Virus record (IMG/VR): IMGVR_UViG_3300037147_000155
Coordinates: 1-56,836 of that record
DNA: 56,836 nucleotides
Direction: 5' to 3' (one strand)
DNA from: a virus
Taxonomy: Duplodnaviria; Caudoviricetes
Part shown: piece by piece, positions 9,451 through 19,132 of the stretch
How positions within the stretch are numbered: the first letter of the stretch is position 1
Layout of the letters: the number at the start of each line of letters is the position of its first letter
Notes under the pieces: model-generated
What the model was told of the DNA's origin: nothing
Seen by the model: only the letters and a program-made list of their open reading frames with translations
Databases searched by the model: none
Program-made: the position numbers and the translations under genes

Positions 9451-9492
9451 ATGGCACGACGCAAAAAGGGCCGACACGGCAAACGCAAGTAA
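9451..9492 (+). CDS. 13-aa protamine-like peptide MARRKKGRHGKRK
   Basis: AAAGGAG RBS 8 nt before ATG; same composition as neighbouring basic peptides. Confidence 0.55.
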   Translation: MARRKKGRHGKRK

Positions 9493-9530
9493 GCGCGGCC
9501 CAACATAGCACTCGAATCGATGAGGAGGGA

Positions 9531-9791
9531 ATGGGGAGGGCAGGTAGGGCTGAGATAACCTCCCCCTTTCACTGGAGCCAGCAGATGCGCAACAGCAAAA
9601 ATGTCATCCACGAAGAGGGCATCCCATCGAACCGCATCGCCTCGCCCATCACCACCGGCTTCAGCCCGGCCCAAGGCGGCACCTTGGACGACTTTCGCAC
9701 CGACGTAGAAGACGGCCGCCCAGCCGACCCACTGAACCTAACGCCCAACGATCTCATAGGCAACGCTCGCAAGACGCGGACGCGCAGGTAG
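9531..9791 (+). CDS. Small protein with basic C-terminal tail
   Basis: GAGGAGG RBS before 9531; ends RKTRTRR. Confidence 0.6.
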   Translation: MGRAGRAEITSPFHWSQQMRNSKNVIHEEGIPSNRIASPITTGFSPAQGGTLDDFRTDVEDGRPADPLNLTPNDLIGNARKTRTRR

Positions 9792-9804
9792 CAAAGGAGC
9801 CCAT

Positions 9805-10011
9805 ATGGCAAAATCTCGAAAAGGTGGCTGGCCCGAGAAGAACCCCGAAACGAGTTCATTCCCCGCCCTCACCACCCCACTTTCCACGACAGCCGCCCCA
9901 GCCGAACCCGGTCCCGGCGTCTACGACATCGTCCCCGACAACGCGAGCCCCGGCAATCCAGTAGGCTACAGCGGCATGGAGGGTGGCAAGAAGAAGGGAC
10001 GCAAGGGATAA
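9805..10011 (+). CDS. Small Pro/Gly-rich protein with basic ends
   Basis: AAAGGAG RBS; MAKSRKGG...GGKKKGRKG. Confidence 0.7.
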   Translation: MAKSRKGGWPEKNPETSSFPALTTPLSTTAAPAEPGPGVYDIVPDNASPGNPVGYSGMEGGKKKGRKG

Positions 10012-10014
10012 CTC

Positions 10015-10443
10015 GTGGCAGCCGCTGCAAATCCGTTAGCTACGGCAGTCCAGAGCAAACTTGCTCAACTGCAGGGTGGCGCTGACCCATCTGCCCAGGG
10101 TGGCGGTGGCGCACCGGGCGGCGGAATGCCCCCGTCCAGCGACGACAGCGGTGTCGGTGACCAACTAGCCCAACAGTCAGCCGAACTCCATGGAGCTGAC
10201 CCAGGCCTGATCCTGCAGCAGCTGCAGAAGATCCGTGGAGCGCTGGGCGTCATGTTCATTCAAACTTTCCAGTCGGTGCCCAATGTCGCGGGCCACGTAT
10301 CGAAGACTCTCGGCACCCTCGACAAAGCAATCAAGGAAGCTCAGAACGCAGCCCAGACCGCTAGCGCGGTACGGCCGCCAGTAGGCTTCAGCCTAGCTCA
10401 ACAGGGACCCGGTGGACCCGCTGGTCCATCAGCAGGAATGTAG
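10015..10443 (+). CDS. Hypothetical head-region protein (Gly/Pro/Gln-rich)
   Basis: Lies between portal and scaffold. Confidence 0.65.
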   Translation: MAAAANPLATAVQSKLAQLQGGADPSAQGGGGAPGGGMPPSSDDSGVGDQLAQQSAELHGADPGLILQQLQKIRGALGVMFIQTFQSVPNVAGHVSKTLGTLDKAIKEAQNAAQTASAVRPPVGFSLAQQGPGGPAGPSAGM

Positions 10444-10459
10444 TGGCAGAAAGTGCCAC
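10443..10459 (+). promoter_or_regulatory. Repeated hairpin GTGGCAGAAAGTGCCAC, copy 2
   Basis: 6-bp stem, GAAAG loop; upstream of GGGGAG RBS and ATG at 10480. Confidence 0.5.
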
Positions 10460-10479
10460 ATAGAGAAGGGGAGATATCG

Positions 10480-10914
10480 ATGTCAACTCTCAAAGAACGC
10501 GCACCACAACTTTTCGAGACCTACGCTGTCGACTCCGGTGGCCGACCCGCCGACGATCCCAAGCGCCCAGGCCAATTGCTGTCCGCTGGCCCACGGGTGC
10601 CGAGCCCAGTCGAAGTGGTCTCCTTCGTCTTCTCCCAGCACCACATCACTCCCGACAACGGAGCCGCGATTGACATCGTGGCCTCCCTCGATGAGCTGAG
10701 CAAACTACCGAAGGCAGGCCCAGCACCGGGGCCGCAGCCCAACCCGCCGCAGCCAGCTAAGTATCTCGGCGCAGAACGTCGTGCGCGGGCTGGCACCTCG
10801 CCCACCGGCGCAGAACGGCGCGCCCTGTCGGCCAAGTACATCGGCCCTGAACGCCGCGTGAAGCTGCTGCCAATCACAATCCCTGACCGTCGCAAGCCAG
10901 CGCCCAAGGTATAG
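10480..10914 (+). CDS. Protein with tandem YxGx(E/D)RR repeats (candidate c-di-GMP binder)
   Basis: KYLGAERR, PTGAERR, KYIGPERR, IPDRR. Confidence 0.65.
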   Translation: MSTLKERAPQLFETYAVDSGGRPADDPKRPGQLLSAGPRVPSPVEVVSFVFSQHHITPDNGAAIDIVASLDELSKLPKAGPAPGPQPNPPQPAKYLGAERRARAGTSPTGAERRALSAKYIGPERRVKLLPITIPDRRKPAPKV

Positions 10915-10925
10915 GAGAGCCGCCG

Positions 10926-11705
10926 ATGCCCACACTCGAACAATTACTCGAAAACGCCCAGCTCACCGACGACATCAAGATCACCCTGCCCAACGTAGGC
11001 GAGGTGACGATCGGCGAACTGAGGCTATTCGCCTCAAATCAGAAGGCTGCCGTTGCTGACGCGCACAAGCGCAAAGCCGACGCCGAGGCAGAGATCGCCA
11101 AGGCCCAGCGCCTGGCGACTGACTCCCTCGCTCTCTGGGAAGAAGCGCAGAAACTGAAGAAGGCCCCGGCTGATCCCACCTCGTCCAACGCGGAGATCGA
11201 CTGGGACACCGACCCCGTCTACAAGCCAGTCGGCGCTCGATTCAAGGCGCAACAATCCGAACTCGCCGACGCCATCGAACAAGTGAAGCAACTCAAGTCA
11301 GCCTTCGGCGCTGGCTTCAAGTTCGTCACCGAGGACTACAACGAACGCCGTTGGAACGCGATCCCCGCGGCCCAACGTCCCAAGGACAAGTCCTGGCGCG
11401 ACTACATGTCCGACGCCGAGAAGGGCAACATCCGCGACAGCCATGGCCTCTTCGATCCCATCGAAACTTTCAACCGCGCCACGGCAGCCGACCGGCGGGC
11501 TGCAGAAATCGAAGACGCCCGCCAAAAGGGCATCAAAGAGGGCGAGAAGCGCGGGGCGCAGGCGAGTTTGCCCAGGCCCGGCGGCACACCACAGTCGATC
11601 AAGCGGCCCGCTGACGCCCCTCAGTACAAGGATCTCAGAGACGCATTCGCTCATGCAGCAAACGATCCAGAGATTCTGAGAATCGCGGCGGGGGATGAGA
11701 ATTAG
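10926..11705 (+). CDS. Capsid scaffolding protein
   Basis: AGGAG RBS; helical and charged; directly upstream of capsid module. Confidence 0.65.
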   Translation: MPTLEQLLENAQLTDDIKITLPNVGEVTIGELRLFASNQKAAVADAHKRKADAEAEIAKAQRLATDSLALWEEAQKLKKAPADPTSSNAEIDWDTDPVYKPVGARFKAQQSELADAIEQVKQLKSAFGAGFKFVTEDYNERRWNAIPAAQRPKDKSWRDYMSDAEKGNIRDSHGLFDPIETFNRATAADRRAAEIEDARQKGIKEGEKRGAQASLPRPGGTPQSIKRPADAPQYKDLRDAFAHAANDPEILRIAAGDEN

Positions 11706-11718
11706 TATATAGTGAACC

Positions 11719-12243
11719 ATGCCCTACTCACCTGAAACTCGAAAACAAAAGTCCCGTGAATACTACGAGCGCACTCGCGAGAAGGCGCTTGCTAGGCAGA
11801 AGGCCTACAGCGAGTCTCACAAAAAGGAACGCAAAGAGTACGTCGCTGCCAACCGCGAACTTGTTTATAAAGTAAACCGCGAGTGGCGTGAGCGTAACCG
11901 AGAACAGTGGCTTAAGATTTCTCGCAAAAAGAATCTCGCGTACCGGACTGGTTTGAAGGATGAGTTCATTGCGGCCTATGGCAGTCGTTGTGCGTGCTGT
12001 GGTGAGGACTATCGAGAGTTTCTAACTGTTGATCACATTGGTGGCGGTGGTGCTACCGAACGGCGCACACTGGGTTGGCGCGGGTTAGGTGCAGCTTTTT
12101 ATTTGCATCTCAAGAAGCTTGGATGGCCGAAGGATCGCTATCGGCTTCTGTGTATGAACTGCAATTTTGCGACGCGGAATGGTAAGCCATGTCCGCATAC
12201 GACAGAGTCCACGCTTCATGTTGTCGAAGGACTAGTCTGCTAA
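11719..12243 (+). mobile_element. Freestanding HNH homing endonuclease
   Basis: YGSRCACCGE...LTVDHIGGGG...LLCMNCN...CPH; basic N-terminus. Confidence 0.85.
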
Positions 12244-12253
12244 CGGAGGATTT

Positions 12254-13237
12254 ATGGCGTACGGTACCATAGGCACGGGTATTAGCCAGCCAAGTGCACA
12301 GTTAGTAGCTACCTTGAATGCTATTACTCAGAAGTATATTTTCCCGACAATTGGTGATCAAGTGTTCATCCCAAGTCCTTTGTTTTGGGGACTTACGAAA
12401 CGCGGCAAAGACATCCGCGAGGGCGCTGAGATTGTGTATCCGTTGGCGACCACCGAAGAAATGACCGGCGGCAGCTACTACGGCGACCAGTTGCTGAACA
12501 CAACCGTGGTCGATTCGATCCAGCCCGCAAACCAGGTATGGCGACCCTACTACCAATCCGTCGCCGTCCCTGTGACTGACATCATCCTGGGCCGCGGAGG
12601 TCCGATGGGACTGGACCTCGTCAGGTCAAAAATGGAGATCGGCGGGGCGTCGTTCCTGCAGAAGTTGTGCAGAGCCATGTGGCACACTTCGCCACAGAAC
12701 ACCTCGACCGACATCGACGACCTCGACTCGTGGGTGCGGCTGACCTCCAACACCATCGCTGGCATCAATCGCTCGACCTCAACCTTCTGGCAGCCCGCAG
12801 CGAATGGCGCTGGCGGGGCGGCCGCGTTGACGCCCACTGTCTTCGAGAACGCCTACCAATCGGTCACCTATGGCTACGACGAACCCGACCTCTGCGTCAT
12901 GGACAACACTCGCTTCGCCGCCTTCAAACTTAACTTCACCACTCTCGTGCGCTTCACCGAACTGGAGCAAGACGACACCGCCCTGCAGGCTGGCTTCCGC
13001 TACCACTTCGTCGTCAACAACGCGGTGATCATGGCCGACCGCTTTACACCAGCCCAGCGCGCATACATCCTGAACTCCAAATATATCTTCCCCATCTTCA
13101 ACGCGAACGACTATTTCAAGATCGATCCCTGGATGCAGCCAACGAACCAGCGAGTTGTGGTATCGAAAATATATCTCACATGGCAGCTTGCTAACATTTC
13201 CCCTCGCATGTGCGTTTGTATCACTAATTTGGCATAA
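12254..13237 (+). CDS. Major capsid protein (HK97 fold)
   Basis: 327 aa after scaffold; GGAGG RBS; IAGINRST..FWQ, PDLCVM, YILNSKY and PTNQ patterns of podovirus-type MCPs. Confidence 0.85.
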   Translation: MAYGTIGTGISQPSAQLVATLNAITQKYIFPTIGDQVFIPSPLFWGLTKRGKDIREGAEIVYPLATTEEMTGGSYYGDQLLNTTVVDSIQPANQVWRPYYQSVAVPVTDIILGRGGPMGLDLVRSKMEIGGASFLQKLCRAMWHTSPQNTSTDIDDLDSWVRLTSNTIAGINRSTSTFWQPAANGAGGAAALTPTVFENAYQSVTYGYDEPDLCVMDNTRFAAFKLNFTTLVRFTELEQDDTALQAGFRYHFVVNNAVIMADRFTPAQRAYILNSKYIFPIFNANDYFKIDPWMQPTNQRVVVSKIYLTWQLANISPRMCVCITNLA

Positions 13238-13268
13238 CTGCCGTAGAATGAGTTAGATAGGAGACAAT

Positions 13269-13664
13269 ATGGCAATCGTAAACAGCGTTGAACGAATCGG
13301 CGGCTACGGCATCGGCTCTAACTACACGACCGCCGCAGGAGTAGCCCTGGCAGCGGCCTCGACCACGACCACGGTCACCGTCGGCACCCAAGGCTATACA
13401 TCTGGCCTGATCCGCGTGAAGGTCTATAACGGTGGCAGCAGCACGACCGCCGCCGCAGTCACCGTGACAGTCACCGACGGCACCAACACTTACCTGGTTG
13501 GCTCGATCGCCGTCTACACCATCGCCAACGTAGCCAACGGCGGCCTCGATCATGTCTTCACTGTGCTGGTCGATATCCAGATCGCCACCGTGACCATCAT
13601 CACAGCGCTGACCGTGGGCACCGCGACCGCGACCCTCGACTACGAGGTCCTGCTCAACCCATAG
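13269..13664 (+). CDS. Putative capsid decoration/cement protein
   Basis: Thr/Val-rich beta protein right after MCP; GGAG RBS. Confidence 0.55.
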   Translation: MAIVNSVERIGGYGIGSNYTTAAGVALAAASTTTTVTVGTQGYTSGLIRVKVYNGGSSTTAAAVTVTVTDGTNTYLVGSIAVYTIANVANGGLDHVFTVLVDIQIATVTIITALTVGTATATLDYEVLLNP

Positions 13665-13723
13665 ATAGTAAAGGACTTATTGTGGATCACGGTTAAGTAT
13701 AGATGTTGTAAACAGGGGCGCTG

Positions 13724-13794
13724 TCAGCCCCTCTCCTGTGCGTCAGGTAGGCTGGGGGGCTGATCGATGGGCATCGATTGGCCCCATTTGTTTT
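13724..13794 (+). terminator. Stem-loop(s) with T-rich tail after capsid genes
   Basis: tcagcccc...ggggctga stem, then atttgtttt. Confidence 0.35.
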
Positions 13795-13808
13795 GAGGAG
13801 CATCGAGC

Positions 13809-15062
13809 GTGTCAACTTTGGTAGGGGACATTGTGCAGCAATTTAGGGACCTTGCTCAAGACCCCCCGCAGACCCTTGCGGCCCCCGGCATCACTGCGCT
13901 CACCGCCATCTCAACGGTGGGCGGTACCATTCCCCTCGGCACCTACTATCTAGTCTTGACCATCTACAACCAGTGGGGCGAGACAGTTGCATCGAACGAG
14001 CAGTCGGCCACCCTTAGCGGAATCCAAAATTCCATCCAGATCACCTGGACCTCTGCACCCCTTGGTTCCATCGCTGGAGGACTGCGAGCTTATATCGGCC
14101 TCGCAGCGGCAGCCGAGAACTCCTATATACCCTTCTCATTCCCGGCCAGCCAACCGCTACTGCTGACCTCCCCCGGTACGAATGCCGGTGCGCCCCCTGC
14201 GACCTCAACCGCCTACCTGCCCGACACCGATGGCAGCTATGTGAGGGCGAGCCCAGTTTTCAGGTGGCTCAACGATGCCCTGCGCCAGGGGAGTCGTCTA
14301 ATGAATGGCTTCACCGATTACTCAGGCTTCCCCTCGACGATCAACTTTGCGACCTACCTCATCACCGGCGAGTGGACCAAGATGACCCAGGCTTGGTATG
14401 ACGGCTACCCAGTCTCATTCGCGCCCACATCTGGCTTCTTCAAACGCAACACGGTGACCAGCTCAATCCTTGCAGGCTGGTCGATCTCGTTCTACAACAA
14501 CCAACTGGGCGTCGAGGTCTGGCCACAACCCGCTCGCACCGCCACAGTGACCTCACTCGCGCTACCGATGCTGCCCACCGACACCGTGGCCACCCTGACC
14601 TCCACTGGCGGCTTCCTGCTGCCTACCTACGGCATGGTCCAGTTCGGCACCGAAATCTGCGCCTACAACGGCATCAGCGGCAATCAGCTGATTGGCCTGC
14701 TGAGGGGCCTCGGTGGCACTGCGGCCTCTGCGTGGGCCGCATCCACGCCAGCCACCGAACTCAACGCGTTCTTCCAAGGCAAGCGAGTGTTCAACACTCA
14801 GTACACTCCAGGTCAGGCATCCCTCAACCTGCCGATCCCCGCTGGCATGGACGGCATCTTGATCAACTTTCTTATGAGCAAGTTCCTCGAAACTGAACGC
14901 GACTGGCAAGGCGCGAAGGCCAAAATGGACTCCTTCACTGCGCAAATTAAAGACTACATGCGCATGAACCGGCAGATCGCCGGACCCGTTCAGGCAGGGT
15001 CACGCGACTACCAATTTGTCGTTTTCGGGGGGACCCGGTTTGGTGGTACAATTCTGCCATGA
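13809..15062 (+). CDS. Head-tail adaptor (tail tubular A-like) with inserted FN3-like domain
   Basis: Position; FRWLNDALR and LINFLMSKF helices; GTYY...GET..SNE module shared with the nozzle. Confidence 0.6.
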   Translation: MSTLVGDIVQQFRDLAQDPPQTLAAPGITALTAISTVGGTIPLGTYYLVLTIYNQWGETVASNEQSATLSGIQNSIQITWTSAPLGSIAGGLRAYIGLAAAAENSYIPFSFPASQPLLLTSPGTNAGAPPATSTAYLPDTDGSYVRASPVFRWLNDALRQGSRLMNGFTDYSGFPSTINFATYLITGEWTKMTQAWYDGYPVSFAPTSGFFKRNTVTSSILAGWSISFYNNQLGVEVWPQPARTATVTSLALPMLPTDTVATLTSTGGFLLPTYGMVQFGTEICAYNGISGNQLIGLLRGLGGTAASAWAASTPATELNAFFQGKRVFNTQYTPGQASLNLPIPAGMDGILINFLMSKFLETERDWQGAKAKMDSFTAQIKDYMRMNRQIAGPVQAGSRDYQFVVFGGTRFGGTILP

Positions 15063-15787
15063 AACCTACAATCATTTACGCGCTTGTTGATCCACGAGAT
15101 CAATCTATTCGTTACGTTGGCAAGACAGTAAACAAACGCTGTCGTATGTCTGTGCATCGCTGGGCCGCAGGGAAGGGCTCTAAGCGAATGATGTGGCTCT
15201 TGGACCTCGTGAAGTTAGGGCTCCAGGCAGAGTTCAGGGTGCTAGAAACTGTTGAGGGGGATGCTTGGATCGAACGAGAGCGTTACTGGATCAAATATTA
15301 TCGAGACCTTGGTGCTCCACTCACAAACATTCGAGATGGTGGAGACACTAATCATCCCGACAACGAAGAACTCCGCAAGTGGCGGAGCAAATTCATGACC
15401 GGCCATACCCTCTCAGCAGAGTCACGTCACAAGATCAGTGTGGCTAACTCGGGCAGAGTTCGTTCGGCTGAATGGCGTGAGAAGCTCTCTGCTGGAATGC
15501 GTGGTCGTGTGATGCCGGAGGAACAACGCCAACGCATGATTGGCAGGAAGCAGTCTACTGAAACTGTAGCAAAGAGAGTGGCCCACTATAAGGATCGTGG
15601 ACTGTATAAATCTGAGGAAGCTCACCAACGCGTGATTGCTGGCTCCCGTAAACACTGGACTGGTAGGAAGCGCTCAGATGAGCAGAAGGCTAAGATTCGG
15701 GAGTCACTCAGGCAATATTGGGCTAATCTTACTCCCGAACGTAAAGCTGAGATCGAATCACAAACTCTTCGGAGGCGTTGGGCGTAA
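15059..15787 (+). mobile_element. GIY-YIG homing endonuclease with NUMOD3-like repeats
   Basis: IIYALVDPRD..IRYVGKT, ERYWI, LTN..DGG; repeated S.E.R.KIS motifs. Confidence 0.85.
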
Positions 15788-18354
15788 TGCCTCTACAGAA
15801 CATCAGCCAGAAAAGTTTTTTCAAAGGTGTGAACGCCAGTGCTGCCTACAACAGTCAGCCCAAGGGGACAGTGCCCAGGGTCAGCAACATGACCCTGACC
15901 ACCCGTGGCGCGCTGCGGTCGTGTGACCAAAACTTGGGCATCTGCACCCTTAACGGAACAGGACCTGCTGTGGCTGAGGGTCCGTTCACCTCGATCCAAT
16001 TCTTCCAACCGAATCCCTCGCTGCGAAAAGTTCTCGCCTTCCAGCGCGACACCGACACTCAGGTCCCCACTCCCGCTGGCCTCGCCGCAGCCAATGGCGG
16101 CCTGGGCGGAACCCTGCCCATCGGCACCTACTACTACGTCATCACCGCAACCGACGGCGCGGGCGGGGAGACTCCAAAGTCAAACGAGGTTACGATCACG
16201 ACCGCTGCAATCGACCTGGTCAATCTGAGCTGGACCGCCGAGCCCGCTGCCGCCGCCTACAACATCTATCGCGGCCCGACCTCAGGCTCTGAGACCCTGT
16301 TGGCCTCAGGCATCGTCGGCACTACCTACGTAGACAATGGCTCAGCGACCGTGGCTCCCTCCAGCTATACCCTCCTAGCCTCCCCCAACGGGGCCACAAT
16401 GGCCATCGCAGGCACCCGCGCCACCTACACCTTCACCACCACGGGGACCAACCGCGTCGCTCCAGGCGGGCTATTCTCGATCTCCGGGGCGTCGCCCGCG
16501 GGTTACAACAGCAGCTACGCTTGCCAATCCCGCAGCGGCAACTCGGTCATCGCGGTGAAGTTCAATCAGACTCTGCTGGCGGCAGGCGGCGGCGGCACCC
16601 TGCTCGCCTCCGCGTCTCCACCCACCGTTAACACGACCCAAACTCTATCACTCATCAACGCAAGCGGCCTCGTATTCACCAAGCCGGGCAGCATTATCTA
16701 CACTTTCCCCAGCGGCCAATATCCTCCCAACCCTCCATTCCCCGTGGGCGCGGTGGGCGGATCGTACTCTGGCATCAGCGGCGGCGGCACCTTAGTCAAC
16801 CCAGCCCCCGGCAATATCGTCGGCCAATCTGGCCCACTCCCCGACCAGATCCCCTTCGCTGGCCTGATGATGTTGATCCTGGGGAATGGCCTACCTCCCT
16901 GTCAAACCGATGGCTCAACGGGAGGCACCGAGGTCCTGGGCAATACCTTCACCGGCGCATTCCCCAGCTGGTTCGCCACAACCGCCTATGCGGTCGGCGA
17001 CATCGTCCAGCCGGTGACTCCAAATGGCTTTGTCTACACGGTCACCCAGGGGGGCATCAGCGGCGGCAGCGAGCCAACTTTCCCCGCTGGCCCCGGCCAA
17101 ACGGTCGGCGACAACAACATCATCTGGACTCAAACGGGCTCGAACGCTACCCCTGCTCCCCGTGGAGCTGCCCACGCGATCAGCCACGCGGGCTCCCTGT
17201 GGCTCTGGAACACCGCGCCCACCGACAGCTCGGACCTCCTTGACGGCCCATCGATCCTGAAGATGTCCGACGCCAATAATCCCAACAGTTGGAATCCAGT
17301 GAACGTGGCAGCGGTGGGCAAAAATGATGGCCAGCAGGGCATGGGCATGGCGGCGTTTACGATTGCCGAGTCAGGCATCCCACCAGAAGGCTCCCTCGTG
17401 CTGTTCAAGGAATACTCAACTTATCAGGTCATCGGCGTCTTCGGCGCGACCGACTTCACGATCCAGGAGGCCCAGACCGACCTCGGCTGCATCTCCCCGC
17501 GAACGATCAAATTTGTCCCCGGATTCGGCATCGTGAGGCTGACTCACCTCGGCTTCGCAGTCTTCGATGGCGTCCGCGACAGACTCATCAGCGAAGAAAT
17601 TCGCCCATACCTCTTTGGCGATCAGGCCGACATCTCCCAGATGGACTTCAGCTGGGCATACACCGCGAAGGCCGACATCACCGCGGTCCCGCCGATGTAC
17701 TGTGCTGCGATCCCGGTGCTAGGTCAAGGCAACGATGGCCGCCTGACTCGCCTCTGCTGCTACGACCTCGTCCTGAAGGCCTGGACCATCATCGACCTCC
17801 CCTTCGGCATCTCTGCGGTCGAGCAGCTGAAGATCCCCGGCAGTGAACCAATCACCGTCTTCGGCGGCTGGTCCGATGCCATGATCAGCCGCTGGCAGGT
17901 TGGCGATCAAACCGGCTGGCAATCGTGGCTCGATCCCTCGCTCGTCGTCCACACTGGAGTCCCCCTCGTGTGGAGCCTCCGTACCCCGGCGGCGGTTGGC
18001 CAATCGGCGAACGATCGGATCACCTTCCGTCGCGTCCTGGCCCATGCGAGCTGGCTTGGATCATCCACGATAGGCAGTGCCATGATGCCCAACTCCCTGA
18101 GCACCACAAGTTTCAGCGTCGCGATCACGGTAGACGGCTCCTCAATGCCCACCGCGCCAGTGCGACCCCTGCTGGCCCCCTCGGGCGCATCCACCGATTC
18201 CTCGGTGCAATTGGCGGCTGAGATCGGCCGCACCGGCCTCGATGCCTACGCTACCATCAGTGGAGTCCAGGCGATCAATGGCTCCCCGATCGTAATTGAC
18301 GAGGTCGACTGGGCTCTCATCCAGCGGCCCACCGGCTCACTGGTGCGCGTATGA
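15787..18354 (+). CDS. Tail nozzle (tail tubular B / P22 gp10-like) with inserted FN3 and CBM-like domains
   Basis: SLVLFKE, LGCISPRTI, FDG, ISEEIRP propeller patterns; WFATTAYAVGD CBM5/12-like insert. Confidence 0.7.
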   Translation: MPLQNISQKSFFKGVNASAAYNSQPKGTVPRVSNMTLTTRGALRSCDQNLGICTLNGTGPAVAEGPFTSIQFFQPNPSLRKVLAFQRDTDTQVPTPAGLAAANGGLGGTLPIGTYYYVITATDGAGGETPKSNEVTITTAAIDLVNLSWTAEPAAAAYNIYRGPTSGSETLLASGIVGTTYVDNGSATVAPSSYTLLASPNGATMAIAGTRATYTFTTTGTNRVAPGGLFSISGASPAGYNSSYACQSRSGNSVIAVKFNQTLLAAGGGGTLLASASPPTVNTTQTLSLINASGLVFTKPGSIIYTFPSGQYPPNPPFPVGAVGGSYSGISGGGTLVNPAPGNIVGQSGPLPDQIPFAGLMMLILGNGLPPCQTDGSTGGTEVLGNTFTGAFPSWFATTAYAVGDIVQPVTPNGFVYTVTQGGISGGSEPTFPAGPGQTVGDNNIIWTQTGSNATPAPRGAAHAISHAGSLWLWNTAPTDSSDLLDGPSILKMSDANNPNSWNPVNVAAVGKNDGQQGMGMAAFTIAESGIPPEGSLVLFKEYSTYQVIGVFGATDFTIQEAQTDLGCISPRTIKFVPGFGIVRLTHLGFAVFDGVRDRLISEEIRPYLFGDQADISQMDFSWAYTAKADITAVPPMYCAAIPVLGQGNDGRLTRLCCYDLVLKAWTIIDLPFGISAVEQLKIPGSEPITVFGGWSDAMISRWQVGDQTGWQSWLDPSLVVHTGVPLVWSLRTPAAVGQSANDRITFRRVLAHASWLGSSTIGSAMMPNSLSTTSFSVAITVDGSSMPTAPVRPLLAPSGASTDSSVQLAAEIGRTGLDAYATISGVQAINGSPIVIDEVDWALIQRPTGSLVRV

Positions 18355-18734
18355 ATATCCGACACTTACTGCCAAACGAAGACTGGCCAGCCAACGTGCC
18401 CATCGGCGTCCCTGCGGCCTCGCTCGACCATCGCTGGTGTTGGGTGGCAGAGGACTCGACTGGCCCTCAGGGCGGCCTCCTGGCCTGCCCCATGCACCAT
18501 GCGATATTCTTGCTGCGCGTGGTAGTCGCCGCCCGAGCGCCCAAGATTACCCTGCTGGCCCTCCTGCGCGGATCACTTCGGGAAGCCAAGGGGGCTGGCT
18601 ACAACGGCTTCATCACCATGATCGAACCCGGCAAACGCTGCGGCGAGCGGCTGGCAAAGTTGGCCACCCGCATCGGCGGCCTGCGTACGACCGACAATTT
18701 CAACCTCGTCTGCGGCTCCCTGGAGCGTCTCTGA
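18351..18734 (+). CDS. GNAT-fold-like virion-region protein
   Basis: MNIRHL...WCWVAED; position after nozzle as in P22/T7-like gene orders. Confidence 0.45.
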   Translation: MNIRHLLPNEDWPANVPIGVPAASLDHRWCWVAEDSTGPQGGLLACPMHHAIFLLRVVVAARAPKITLLALLRGSLREAKGAGYNGFITMIEPGKRCGERLAKLATRIGGLRTTDNFNLVCGSLERL

Positions 18735-19132
18735 TGCCCTTCCTTGCTGGCATCGCTGGCTTGATACCGGCCCTGATTGGCGCTGGCGTAACCGGCGTGA
18801 CCACCGGACTCGAAGCCTCAGGGGCCATCGGAGGCGGTGGGGGCAGCAGTACCGCCCCTCCCAACCCAGCCCAGCTGGCCAGCCAGGTCGCCCAGCAAAA
18901 GGCCCAACTCGCCTCGACGCTGAACCAAAATAAGGGTAACGTACAGGAGCAGACCGGCGGAGGCTTGGCCCCTGACGCGGTCGCCCAGCTAGTGGGTGGC
19001 GAGACCGGCAACCTGAACAACATCAACTCTCTGCAAGACCTCGTCAGCTCTCAGAGCGGCCAGGCCATCCAGCAGCCCTCCCAGCCCGGAGCAGGCGGCC
19101 TGGCTGACAGCGGCATCTATGGAGCCAGCTAA
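18734..19132 (+). CDS. Putative ejection (internal virion) protein
   Basis: Hydrophobic Gly/Ala N-terminus MPFLAGIAGLIPALIGAG; Gln-rich. Confidence 0.6.
   Translation: MPFLAGIAGLIPALIGAGVTGVTTGLEASGAIGGGGGSSTAPPNPAQLASQVAQQKAQLASTLNQNKGNVQEQTGGGLAPDAVAQLVGGETGNLNNINSLQDLVSSQSGQAIQQPSQPGAGGLADSGIYGAS

Noticed and set aside
18296-18733. N-terminal extension of the 278-aa ORF
   Set aside because: Overlaps the 18351-18734 gene; the TGATG-coupled ATG at 18734 is the better start
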